In this document: in pieces, positions 51,907 to 64,000 of the stretch | How positions within the stretch are numbered: the stretch's first letter is position 1 | Layout of the letters: each line of letters begins with the position of its first letter | Source of the DNA: Girardia tigrina | Lineage: Eukaryota | Length of the DNA: 64,000 bases | Assembly: GCA_001938485.1 (NCBI GenBank) | Contig: MQRK01244263.1 | Span: forward strand, 1 to 64,000 | Direction of reading: 5' to 3' | Notes under the pieces: model-generated | What the model was told of the DNA's origin: nothing | Database searches by the model: none | The model's input: only the letters and a program-made list of their open reading frames with translations | Position numbers and translations under genes: made by a program

Positions 51907-54305
51907 CCCTTAAAAGACCAAGAAAAAAAATCACGTTGAGTACCAAATGGGGTCTGCTGGACCCCAGTACAGAATCTATATTTTTACGGTTACTATTATC
52001 AAAAAATTAATTTTATTAGTCTCTAACATCACGATGTATGTTAAGAGTATTAAAATATACAAATTTATTAATTTATAAAACAATGACAAGAATATGAAAA
52101 GTTCTATTGACATTTATTACAACGACGAATTGAGTGCTCAAAGCAAACTGCTTGATAACAAATGTCACATTGTTGGCTAGACTTTCGATCATTTTATCGG
52201 GGGCACAAATGGCATCAGCGCTTTTGATTGAGACGAATTGGTCCACCTGAGTTAGGCAACATTGGTGGATTATCAACTTTCACCAATTCGGTCGCTAGTT
52301 GTAATAGAAACATGCGTCGACGATGGCTAACCCGATTTGCGAAATTTGGATGTACAGCTGTATAGAGCACGAAAGCATTGTACGCGCCAATATCCAATAA
52401 ATTACAAAACAATGCAAATGGTCATCTATTCGTTTTTCGTTTTGATGAGTAGCACCGCACATTTTGATCGAGAGTATCAATCCCACCTTTCTGTGAGTTG
52501 TTTTCCAGAATCATGTTGGGTTTGTACGGAACATCTTCCTCACACAAGTCATCATGGTACACAATGATGACATAAGCACTACAGCTTTTCCTGGCTTTGG
52601 TACGTATGAAACAATTGTGCTGTCCCGTTGAAAGCCAAAGATACTTGACAAAACCTGTCATTGTCGTGTGGGTAACATTTGTATAGGCAGTTCACCTTTA
52701 TTTTTACGAACAGTCCCTAGGTAAGTCAAGCGACGTGCCAATAGAGCGCGAACAAGCACAATATTTGTAAAGAAGTTATCGCCAACGACGTGTCTACCTG
52801 TGTTTGTCAGATGCTCAGTTAATTCAAGTACAACTCTGGTACCTTGTCCCACCTCACGTTCACTACCATGTCGACCAGTGTAAACTTGAAGGTTGACACA
52901 ATAGGAATTCCTGCATCCGCTGCAACCCACAATTTCATACCATATTTACCCGGCTTACTTGGAATAAACATTTTGAATGGTCAACGTCCACGAAACGTCA
53001 CCAATTGCTCATCAACTGTGACAACTGCTCCGGGCTTATAACTTGATCGGCACTTTGTTGCAAAAATGTCAATGACATTTCGAATTGGTGCCAATTTGTC
53101 ATNNNNNNNNNNTTCTTCACGTGTGCCCCTGTCATCAAAGCGTAAATGCCGTCTCAATTCACAAAAACGATTGCGGGACATCGTTTTATTGAATATTGGT
53201 CTACCATGTTGTTCATTCCAAAGCTGAGTGATTCCTTCGCTTTTCGCTCTATAAACTCCGGCAAGCAGGAGGAGACCGAACAATCAGAATTTGTTAAAAC
53301 CCAATTAGCGTTGTGTAGTCGGTCTTCTGTGTTGGTGTTTCGAACGATAATGGCCACTATATCTAAACCACAGAATACTTGGAACGCTCTTGATGGGCTG
53401 TCACCACAACCATTTTGTAGTGCTTGTCGTGTGCCCTGCCTCCTCACGTAAGATATCGTGTTGTCTATGCTGTCTTTCAGCATTAAAAATATAACGACGT
53501 TCCCATATTTCAATACCATTTCGAGATACCATAACGCCTTGATCATCATTATTTACAACTTCTAATTCATCGTCACTACTTTCTTGCTCTCTTGGATTGG
53601 AAATAACTTCATCATCTTCTGAAAAATCTTCTTCGTTTTCTTCATCATCTGGTCAAGTAAAAAATAATTATTTGTTATAAAAGATAACTCAAAATAAAAC
53701 CTTCGAAAATATCATCACCAATTGCTATATGTCAATTCGCCTCAATTGCAGCTATTCTAGTTGGACGTTGCATATTCAAAAAAATTTAAAATTTATAAAA
53801 CGATTTGAAAACAATGAAAATGCTAATTTATGCAGTTGTAGAGACGTACATACAATTCGAATATAACTGACTCGCCGTGCATAGACATATATAAATGCAC
53901 CAGCAAACAAGACAATAAACGTGTGCGCTTATATAACCTAATATATTCACATATAACTGACTAAAAGTATGTGCATGACATTTAGGAGCCTTTATATACC
54001 AATTGAGTAACTCATGTATAAAATGAGCATATGTACATATGAATCTTGATATTATTACTGATCAAAATGCATTGCAATACTTTTAATATTTCATTTTGCT
54101 AATTATTCATTTGGGGTCTCACAGACCCCACATGGTATAATTTGTGAAAATTTTTTAAAAACCCTGTTCCTAAAAAACTAAAAACTTTACATCCATATTA
54201 TGTAAGAAATGTCTCATAGTTTAGATTCAATTGGATTTGAATTGTTAAATTTATTTATATTTTAAAACCTTTGGGGTCCAGTAGACCCCAGTGGTCGTTT
54301 AAGGG
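51907..54305 (-). mobile_element. piggyBac transposon, full length, transposase pseudogene (about 53773-52078)
   Basis: TTAA TSDs; TIRs CCCTTAAAAGACCA and reverse complement CCCTTAAACGACCA; subterminal TGGGGTC..GACCCCA palindromes; catalytic VDE, GDNFF and KGGIDTLD; C-terminal Cys-rich domain; 52-nt intron at 53700-53649. Confidence 0.96.
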
Positions 54306-54579
54306 TTAAATATATAAAGGAAAGAGCTTGCAAAATTCTATTACAACTTTTTACCTCGTATTTATGTGAAGCAGAATTTTCTGTTCTTAGAAACATAAAA
54401 ACAAAAAAGAACAAGACTCAATTCTGTTGAAAATGAATTGAGAGTATGTCTCTCAAATATTCAACCTGACATTGACACATTAATTGCAAATCACAAAGGT
54501 CAAGTGTTTCATTAGTAATTTTTAATAATAAAATAAAAATTATATTGCTAATGTTCATTAGAAATAAATGAACATGTAC

Positions 54580-55212
54580 TCGTATGTGATTCTTATATAC
54601 AAACATTAACTTTTTCACAAGCCTGTGACCTCTGATATGTTTCGGTTGGTGTTTCAGTGCCCCAAATGCGACTAAAATGCCGTTAAGATGGAAAGTTGAC
54701 TCATCAGAGAATATCAGGTTACTAAGAAAATTTTCATCTGCATCTATCGATTGAATTAATCTTTCACACATAACACGTCTAAGAGTTGACAACGAATTCC
54801 TGAAAGAAGACGGGGGTTCTTGCTTAAAATGTTCTGCTATCTCATTTGTCTTTTCATCATCAATTGGTGGTCATCTAGATTTTGGGGCATTTCTGTTTCT
54901 TCAAACTTTTAGAAGATGCTTCTAATACTTTTTTCAGTTGGAATATTTTTCCATTTAAGTCGTTGAAGTTCTCTTCTTACTAAAGTCACTGACTTATGCT
55001 TCGCAAATCAAATAACAATTTTTACACGCTAATTTACATCCATTTTGAATCTTACACTTAAAACAATAACAATTAATATATTTAAACAAAATTTTCTTTT
55101 AATTAAATTTTAAAGAATAAGCTTCAAGATGCCTTTACATTTAAAAAGAAATAAAATATAATTCATAAGTTATTGCAGTTTAAAACCCGGTAGTTACTTT
55201 ATGATCACCCTG
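54580..55212 (-). mobile_element. Truncated Tc1/mariner element (CAGGGTG TIR)
   Basis: TA|CAGGGTGATCATAAAGT end at 55212; FLSNLIFSDESTFHLNG first catalytic motif. Confidence 0.8.
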
Positions 55213-55376
55213 TATATATATGTATATATGTTACAATAAAGATATGGTATGTGATTAATATGTTCGTTTCTAATACAAACAATAGCAATTTTTTTGGGAT
55301 GGGGTGGTTGGAATATGCGAAATTTTAAAATTGCATATTGGGGTGCCGTCACCTGAAAAAAGGTTGGGAAACACTG

Positions 55377-55470
55377 GTATAGATAATACAAGTCTTGTGA
55401 AAACATACATCCTTGTCTAACTCCTTTCTTTACTTGCACAAAACTTGTTAATGTACCCTCAACTCTCACT
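55377..55470 (-). pseudogene. Non-LTR (RTE-like) RT fragment
   Basis: VEGTLTSFVQVKKGVRQGCMFSQDLYYLY matches the GVRQGCxLSPxLF motif. Confidence 0.75.
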
Positions 55471-55487
55471 GTACAATATTAACTCAC

Positions 55488-55781
55488 TTGCCTATAATGA
55501 TAGCAATTATTATTATCATTATTATTATTACTGTTGTAATTGTTATAATCGAACTCACATATCTAGGAATATCATTGTTATCGAAGCCGGACTCTTCCGA
55601 GAATTTATTAAAGTTTCCAAATTTAAAAGGAGAATTTAACTCATTAGGATCAAGATTTTCATCAGGGGTATTGGGATCAATATAATTATCCAGAAATGAC
55701 GACGAAATAGAAATATCTCGTTCTAGATTGTTTGGTTTAAATAATTCTTCTGAAGTATCTTGAACGTTTTTAGTTCTCTCC
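55488..55781 (-). CDS. Internal exon of a single-pass membrane protein (acidic stalk plus TM helix)
   Basis: ATCAG acceptor and GTGAGT donor (alternative GCAAGT); 294 nt stop-free: ERTKNVQD...DNNDIPRYVSSIITITTVIIIMIIIIAIIIG. Confidence 0.65.
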
Positions 55782-56339
55782 CTGATTAATAAATGAAGAA
55801 AATTACATGTAAATAAAAAAACGTAAATAAAATACAATGTTAAAGATAGTCTATTTTAGAAATGAATTATTTTTGATACATATTGCTTTATTTCGATATT
55901 ACTTTATAATGAATTGTGTTTGATCTCAAACCTCAACTAAGTCTGATAATAAACGTCAAACTAATCTAAAATTAAAGTTCAATGTCCTAGATACCAAAAT
56001 TATTTTGTCAGTTTTTTTTTCAAAACAGTATTGCATTTCATTACCAAGAAGAATTATTTCTTGCATTGCCTTTTTTAGTTTCAACACATTACTAGTAATT
56101 TACAAAAACTATAAACTACAATTTCGATTAATGATCAATTGATTTAACCTCCATTAAAAAGTAGGTGGTGCACAATTCGGAAAAAGAACTGGAGTGTTCT
56201 GTCAAACGGAAGTATCTAACCAGCTATAAATTGTTTAGTTTATCTTTTAAATTTATTCTTTCAACAGTATATTTTGTTGACACTGAACTATAAGTTCTTC
56301 CAAATTATTTTGCTGAATTTGCGCAATCCCTAATTTCTT

Positions 56340-57350
56340 GACGTGCACTATTTATTTTCACAAACAAAATAATAAATTTATCAATAATATACTGTCTGTC
56401 GTTGTTTCAAACTTTTACCTAACATTCAACGAGCTTCACGGAGTGAGTTTCACGCATCGGTAGTCGAAATTACCCAGTCTAGAGTCAAAGAATATCAACC
56501 TACCAAGCAATTAATTCTATATCAGTATTGAGCGAAATGACATACATAGAGCTTAAAAGGGATGAAAAGATATGAAAATCTGAAAGCACCAAATTGGAAG
56601 AGTGTGACGGGTTTAGAGAAGGTTTAGCTAAGCCTTTGAATAAACTAATTTGTTCATATTGACAATGTAAGAATGGCATAGAAGACAGAAATGTTTCCGA
56701 TAAAATTATATTTGTTGGATAGTATTGTTGAGTTGTTGCATTTGTAGGATGTTAATTCCACATTAATCGTTTTATTCTGTTCAAACAATTCCTATTTGGT
56801 AATGCCTTCCAAGTTCTACCATACCCACAACATCGTTTTACGCATGTGACATCCTATTTTTGTTCTCAGAATCACATGTTTGCAAGGGTTTATCACTTGT
56901 GCAGCTTCATGTAGACGATCAGGCATCATTTTTCGACGTTCCAAACATGTAGAACCGATGGGTTAAACTTTCCAATCTTTTTTAATCTTTCCAATCGAGT
57001 GATGATAATCTATGGTACCGTTAAGTAAGTTAATTGCCATGTCATTTAGTGAGGACCGTCATGAATAAGCTGATTCACGTGCTTATCAATCAAATCATAA
57101 GGACGCTCAGAAAGCGTTGCGCTTTTGAGGTCGAAAATGCCTAGTTGGAATTTTCACAAGCGATTCTGAGTCATTCTTTCACGCAGTTTCTTCTTCATCA
57201 AGAGCAAAAATCAGTACAACTCGATTAAAAAGATAATTGTATCTAAAATCCTCATACAATTCATTTAAAGAACTTAAATAAAATCAAATATCAAATCAAC
57301 AAAAACAATAAAGAAAATAGATTCTTTCAGCAAACGACAATCATTATGCT
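56340..57350 (-). mobile_element. Old degraded mariner element
   Basis: RKTMLWVW*NLEGITK*ELFEQNKTINVEL and PSHSSNLVLSDFHIFSSL (decayed YSPDLAPSDFHLF). Confidence 0.75.
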
Positions 57351-58829
57351 TAAACATTTTATTTGTAATACGAAATTTTAATAATAAAAAATGCCGATGA
57401 TTTTTTAGCTAAACAAATAGTTCTTTTTTCTAATTCTTACGAATTTCTTTAAAAAACGCTTCGATATGTTCCTTGTGTAATTTCCTCAATAAGAACAGAT
57501 TGGACTCTTCTAAATTACTCAAAAACGGTATTATGCCTTGTAAATACCGTTCCTGTCATTCTGACATTCGAATCTCAGTGAAGGTTTTCAGTTACGCATT
57601 TTATAATTACTGATTCGTTTTAGTTCTGTTACGAGTAATCCTGGAAGAATTTTACTTTTAAACCTACAGTTACTGGGACGATGTGTTTCCTTAAGTACTG
57701 TCGCAAAATTTCAGACATCCTTTCAATTAAATGCGATCAAACAGCTGTTAGACTATATGATTTATTGCATGTTAGTTGACATCGGTGAACGGGTTCAGAT
57801 TTTCAAGATCCTATTTAATTCAATTTAGTGATACACTGAACTAACTACCTAACTAAAAATCTGTGTAAATGGCATAATGTGGTTGATAGGTTATTTTCTG
57901 TAAACTGATCGTATACAATTAAGACATTTTAAACCCGTGAATAATATTTCTGGTTTTAATTTTCAACAAATGTATGCAAACAACTGTAAATCAATTTTTT
58001 GTAATATGCGAGGATGTTCAATACAAATACTTGTGACCAAACATTTCTGAAATCTCTTGTGCATGACTAACTCAGTCATCTACATTGACCAAGGTCTCGA
58101 CTTCTTTGTCAAAAATTATGCATCAAACCCAATTATGAATTCAACAGAAGGTTTTCACATAGAAACATATTGCAACAATAGACTCAGTAGGTGAAGATTA
58201 GAGTTTGATAATTTTCAAAATGAAAATATAGAACTAATTTTTTTTAATCCATAGCTTGTAATGAGCTTAAGAACAATACAAGTAATTGAAATTCAACTTA
58301 AACATAATCATCATCTACATGCTTGAAGGAATCGAGTCAACATAATTATTGTTGGGAGCGTTGTTGAGTTCATAAAATTTTTGAATTTACAATCTTATCA
58401 AATTAATAATTAAACAATTACATTCCGTAAAATATTGTTATAAATGTGTTAAAATAAGATTTTCAGAATTTTAATGTAAACATTAATTTATGTAAGAAAT
58501 AAAATAAATTTTACGGCAGGTTTATTAAAAGATTTATGCAAAGGTTTATTATAAAGTAAAAAAGTTAATTTCAAAATTATGTAATTTTTATGAAAGTGTA
58601 TATGAAAAAATTAATATAATAAAAAAAATTAATTAAATAATAAAAAAATTAAAAAAATTCATTCTATATTATAAAAATATTTTTAATATTATTTTTATTA
58701 CTTTTTGGCATCCCTTTTTAAGTATAGGTAACGCGCATAGCAGGCATGGTGGTATACCTAAGAGGTATAGATCGTTATCACCAGTACATGATTCACAGTT
58801 CATATTTTGAAAAAAATTTAACATTTTTG

Positions 58830-58867
58830 TACAGATAACGGTGCGCGTTATCTATCGGAAAATACGG
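58830..58867. mobile_element. pogo/Tigger-like terminal remnant
   Basis: AGATAACG-GTGCG-CGTTATCT hairpin, then CGGAAAATACGG|TA. Confidence 0.35.
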
Positions 58868-58877
58868 TAATTTGTTT

Positions 58878-59103
58878 TTATATATTCAGTACACATAATT
58901 GAATTTTCCATAATAAAAAATTAAAATAAATAAAAACTAACGAAGTCAATGATTTTATTCGGTGAGACATGTGGACCGTAGGATCGTCTTTACAATAACG
59001 ATTTTTGTATGAGTTTCCATCATTATAGAAAGAAAAATTGTTTTGAGAAGTATTACTGCTATATTCTTTTAAACTGTTTTGTATGGCAGAATCAGAAGCC
59101 ACT
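58878..59103 (-). CDS. Terminal exon with hydrophobic C-terminus (TM or GPI-signal-like)
   Basis: TTTTATTGCAG acceptor; VASDSAIQNSLKEYSSNTSQNN...IKSLTSLVFIYFNFLLWKIQLCVLNI*. Confidence 0.45.
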
Positions 59104-61264
59104 CTGCAATAAAATTTAATAAATTAATATATTATTAATATATGATTGTCATTTATTACATCTATAATGAAATGCTTTCAACCCTTTAGGAAAAGATAGC
59201 TAAAATATTTCGTCATACATTTATAAATTCCCCCCGATAATAAGAATAAGTTTAAATGTTTAAGTTTAAAATGAGAAATTTCCAAATTTTTTAATAAAAT
59301 GTTTTAAAAATTTAAATAAAGCCCCCTCCAGAAAATAATTACATCTTTTTTTAAAATTTTTTTAAATGACTATTAATTAGAACAAGTTAAAATGTTTAAA
59401 TTTAAAATGTGAACTCTCCAAAATAATTAATATTTTGTAAATTTAAGAAAATCCCTCCGCGAAAAATTTTAATTATGATTTTAATTACCTCTAAGTTTTT
59501 TAAGTGAATATAAGTTTTGCAGATTATAGAAATTTTTCTTCCTCAAAACATTAGACATGATGCAGATAACTAAATCCTCATATCTATAGAAACAAGTAAT
59601 GAACAATAACCAATTGATATCAGTTGCACTAAGGAAGTCTTTTTTGGCGAAGTGATGATCATTTGGCATCATTTTATTAATCAACATTTCTTTCAATGGA
59701 TTTTATCCATTGCTTGAATATTTGCAACTTTATTTATATCATATACAATTCGCAGTATGTTGAAGTTATTTGCAACTTTACCAGTAACAACAGCCACAGC
59801 TGAACTATCTTTTTTCTATATTACGCATAATCAAGACTTACTTACGAAACACAACATCAGAACAGAGATTGAATGGATTAGCTATAATCAACATTCCCCA
59901 GGCATTAAATGCTTTCTTAGAGACTGATACAGTTATAGACACTTTGGGGATGAACCCTAGAAGACTAATCCTTCTGTAATTATTGTATAAATGCATGTAA
60001 TTATATTTCTTAAAAAATTATTAAATGTGGTATTTAGATGGTATTATAAATTTTATTAATAATTAATTGACATTTTTTAACTTTGAAAATAAAAACTCAA
60101 TTAAGAAAACAAATATTATGCAATATTAAATCCCCGAAATAATTTTCTGCGTACTCACATGTTATGAAACGAGTTGCACAAAAAAATATTACCGGTTAGC
60201 ATGATTGAATTACTGCGATTATAACAACTATATTAACGTTCTATATACATAAAATAGTTTAAACGTTAAACTCAATTTCATATTATTCTACGCCAGGTAA
60301 AAATTTACTCAATAATATTTATTCGTTTACTATCATAAATATGTATTGAAAATACAGACAATTTTTCATAAAATTTATTAACCACATAAACTGGTTTAAA
60401 TAGTACGGTATTATTATAGTGGTATTAAAACACTTTGGAAATATTGAATGAGATCAAGACAAATAGAGGAAGAAGACCACTTGTACAGAGGACCTAAAAT
60501 ATTATGAAATCATCTTTGCAAATACACGTTTGTATTATGGTCAAAGTAAAATAGCAGTGTGGTTAGAAGAAGATACCTTTAAGAAATTTCGAATATATAT
60601 ATACAGAGTGCCAGTGAAGTTCAGATAGCCTAAATCCTAATATTGTTTAATATTTAATGTTTAATTTCTAAAAGATTTTGTGCAACATACGGTAGATTCA
60701 TAACAGAATTGAAACGTCTCTTGCTGAAATGTAATTCTTCAATCATCCTGACCGAATTAACAGTGTCAAAGTCTTTTCGACAAAACTTTTGTTTTTCAGA
60801 TGGGTCAACCGACAAATATATATAATATTTGCCTAAAAAGTGTGTTGGTTTGTTTATTTGTCGGTTACGCTTTTCAATGTGAAATTGCGGACGAACCAGA
60901 GTGAATCCATTTAAGATCGTGGTCAATCTGGATAGCCCGCATCAATACAATTTTGTCGGTGTAGCGCCTTTGTCGAAAGACGCCCGGAAGCCAATGAAAT
61001 CGATCGAAAACCGTACAAGTCGTTAAATGGTTAAATTAACACTAATTTCGAATAATGACGATTTTGACGATTCCTACACGGAATTTCGTGAAACTTTTTA
61101 TGAAAATATCAATAAAATACTAATTTATTTGATAAATGACCATTTTTATCACTTATTTACTAAGTATATTTCTAAAAAAACAATTTAGTTTAAATTTGCA
61201 AAATTTCGTTATCATCTGATTCACGGTTTGTCGGTCAAGCTCAAATTTTACTATGATAATATAT

Positions 61265-61459
61265 ATGTTCATAAAAGACATCACGTAGTATGGGGGAAGG
61301 GGGACAGAATTTAGTGACTAAGTGTTACTTGGGGGAGGGGGGGTTTCGGAAATGTGACGTGAAAACGAAATGCTGAAGTATTTAGATAAAGAATTCTGTG
61401 ACGAAATTTGATGAGGGAAAGAAGGGGTTGGAAATCTGCTAAAATTTATGGACAGCCCC
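61265..61459. mobile_element. Degraded Harbinger-type MITE with G-tracts
   Basis: TGTTCATAAA ... TTTATGGACAGCCCC ends; internal GGGGGAAGGGGG and GGGGGAGGGGGGG; same style as 7778-8246. Confidence 0.55.
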
Positions 61460-61692
61460 AAAATGCAAAATAATGGAGGAACAGTGATTGAATCCGCATA
61501 AAATTGAGATAACTCTGCATAGTCCGCATCGAAACGGTTCTGTCTGTGCAGTTCCTTTGCCGAAAGGCTCCGGGAGGCGATTTAACTGACTGACTGTTGA
61601 ATCAACACAGAATTCAAAATAATAAATAATAAATTATAATAATTACAATTTAAAAATTAAAACAGAAACTTTCAAAGTCGAAAATTCAGCTC

Positions 61693-61721
61693 CCCGTCAC
61701 ATATGACGGGTCTTTTTCTAG
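61693..61721 (+). mobile_element. Helitron 3' terminus
   Basis: Perfect hairpin CCCGTCA-CATA-TGACGGG, then 7 nt, then CTAG|T. Confidence 0.65.
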
Positions 61722-61859
61722 TGCGTAAATAATGAATTAGGTAATAAATCAAAATTAATACAAAAAATTGAAAAAAGTTAATGTATTGAAACTATGTTAT
61801 TTTATTAAAACAAATTAAATACAAAAATTTGGTTGTCTATTTCATCTTGGTCAATCGTT

Positions 61860-62170
61860 CTGGTGCCGGATACAGAACAAAGGTTCGGGACGAAGAAAAC
61901 GTTAAATTGTATACGAAAATGTTAATTATACTTAGCTTTGTTCCTCCCGGAGATCATTGGGTCACTTTTAATAACCTGAACGAAAGTAAACCCTATAGTT
62001 TCGAAACTATTTATAATAACTGGAAAAAAGAACTATAATGGTAGCTTGAGACGTAATCGACATGGAAACCCACTTTTTCCTATCGCCTTGTGGAATATAC
62101 AAGAACGTGTTGCAAAAAATTGCTTCGAACAAATAACTCAGTCGAGAGTTGGTACCAAACGTTAAACGTC
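61860..62170 (+). pseudogene. MULE (Mutator-like) transposase C-terminal fragment
   Basis: KMLIILSFVPP...F...PLFPIALWNIQERV...RTNNSVESWY. Confidence 0.8.
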
Positions 62171-63103
62171 GATCATTTCTGTCGTGAACAAGACTTGAAA
62201 TATCCTCCTATGGTTTGTATATTTGGTGAAATTTGTGGTCAAGCATACAACTAATTTTAATACGCTCAATTATCTAAATGTCTTGCTACAATTTCGCCAA
62301 AATATAAATGAAGTGAATGGAGGGATTATTTACATTCAGTGAATCTTAATTTGAACATTTAAATTGTTTGATATTAATAACTTTAAACTGTTAAACCGTG
62401 TCATTTTGTTTTGCAGCTTTCTCTTAATTGGAATCGTTCCATTATGGCATAGTTGTCTTAATCGTTTTTGTCACAAATAAAAGGAGTATGACTATAATTT
62501 TGACCGCATTTTAAACTGTTTTGTTAATAACTATTGTAAAAATTATTCATCAATAGTCTGGTAAACAACGAATTAAATTTGTTTAATGTTTTATCGTAAA
62601 TTATTTGTGAATTACCTAATTGAGCGCGTATTTATCGATGTATCATTCAGATGTAACTGTTTGCTACTTCTATAGCGTAGCACAGTGTGATATGCAAAGT
62701 GAAAGACCTTCGAAAAGGATCAAAACTATGTTGACAAACCCTGTTGAAATAAGACTATTGAATATAAATCATTTATATTAATCTTAATTTTGTTAATTAC
62801 TCAACACTTTGAAGGCCACTCTATTAACAAAACGCTTTGCTCTTATCAGTTATAATTATGACTGCGTCATAATTATTGGTAACAAAGCTTATAAAAAGAT
62901 TCTAGTACGAAAAAAACATGTGTATTAAGAACACTAATTTGATTTTTAATACATTTACTTGTATCACCACTTGAATTGCCATTAGGACTTTCGTAACTAG
63001 TCATTGTTCTTGATTGATAAATTTAATTCTACTTTTAAACATCTTATTATTTAAACAAATTTAAATTACAATTTATTTATAATTTGATTTCAAAATGATT
63101 TAT

Positions 63104-63405
63104 AATATAAATTATAAAAATAATTTTAATTATTTTAAAAATATTTTAGATTATTTATTATATATTAATTTAATTTTAACGATTGTTATTTCAATTTTAA
63201 ATTGAATAAATACTTCGACGTTTTAAAATATTTTAAATATTGTTTATTTTTAAAATATTTAAATTTATAATATAAATTATAAAAATAATTTTAATTATTT
63301 TAAAAAATATTTTAGATTATTTATTATATATTAATTTAATTTTAACGATTGTTATTTAAATTTTAAATTGAATAAATACTTCGACGTTTTAAAATATTTA
63401 AAATA
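63104..63405. repeat. AT-rich tandem duplication, period about 165 bp
   Basis: 63104-63240 is nearly identical to 63269-63405 (both contain ttttaacgattgttattt and aatacttcgacgttttaaaata). Confidence 0.85.
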
Positions 63406-64000
63406 TCAATCTTCCATCTGGGTGAAAGAACACAATCCTATGACAACAACCAATAAACACCATTCAAAATATTCCTCATAATGTGTAAAAACATTCATAG
63501 GCATGAGCATATGTAGATACAAACAGGCCTAATACTTTATATATTATTGAGTCATGAGAACACTTGTCTAATAATATTGACAAATAACTTTATTAAAGCC
63601 CCTTTGATAGCATATTAAAATAAAATTCTGAAGGGTTTTTGGATTTATAGAGAGTAGTTATAGAAATAAAAGTAGCGTCAAAATTGTTTCAATCACATTA
63701 TTCAATAATTATAGAGATTAATAATATTTTTCAATCAACATCATTAACAATATTTTTATATATTAGATATTAAATCGATAAAAACTTATCGTCCTGCAAT
63801 TATTCGCTTATTTGAGTAAAGAATTCGAGTTATGGATGTAATGATATAATTTAATTTTAATGAAATTAAATTATATATTGAAGAAATTTAAAAGAAATTA
63901 ATTATTTGTAGTTTTAAAAATTGAAATTAATAGGAAATAAAACTTTTAAATGCTCGATTTTGTTTTATATTCAAATGTCGTCTTATCAGTATTGGAGTCA

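Larger units (their letters stand above)
51270..55376 (+). mobile_element. 5'-truncated hAT Buster (ZBED5/SCAND3-like) transposon hosting two nested insertions
   Basis: [41 protein letters not shown]...YLTDIF..LN.LNLSIQG; resumes after the piggyBac with TSYLCEAEFS...ELRVCLSNIQPDI; 3' TIR GGTTGGGAAACACTG followed by gtaTAgat. Confidence 0.92.

Noticed and set aside
57400-58380. Moderately GC-enriched, coding-like region
   Set aside because: No sustained frame or motif found by eye on either strand.
6096-59973. Alternative genetic code (TAA/TAG read as Gln), suggested by stops at Gln-like positions in decayed exons
   Set aside because: Intact exons have no in-frame TAA/TAG, use CAA/CAG and end in TAA; TGG-to-TGA/TAG stops and frameshifts co-occur, which fits C-to-T decay of pseudogenes.

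Overview
Very AT-rich eukaryotic scaffold segment with assembly gaps (N runs at about 18464-19291, 21691-21715, 22148-22328, 32227-33079, 43297-43346 and a few short ones). Short GT-AG introns (34-57 nt) and metazoan-type transposon families point to a compact-intron invertebrate, possibly a parasite; the organism cannot be fixed from this window. The window is mostly decayed and nested transposons: several mariner/Tc1 copies, two Buster/Charlie-type hAT elements, a piggyBac carrying an intron, hAT and Harbinger MITEs, Helitron/HINE ends, a MULE fragment, RTE LINE remnants, at least five Ty3/gypsy remnants with one clean solo LTR, and a Penelope-like 3' end arranged as a palindrome next to a minimal hammerhead ribozyme. 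Host genes are sparse: a minus-strand multi-exon gene (40.4-42.7 kb, possibly joined to a transmembrane exon at 55.5 kb) and several pseudogenic exons, including an AGBL5/CCP5-like N-terminus. The most unusual signal is a family of related GC-rich, intron-containing accessory cassettes of unknown function (about 31.7, 34.5-35.0 and 37.9-38.5 kb, weaker at 17.2-18.1 kb) next to gypsy gag/pol remnants, two of them in segments starting TGTTACG. All translations and alignments were done by eye; no database search was run.
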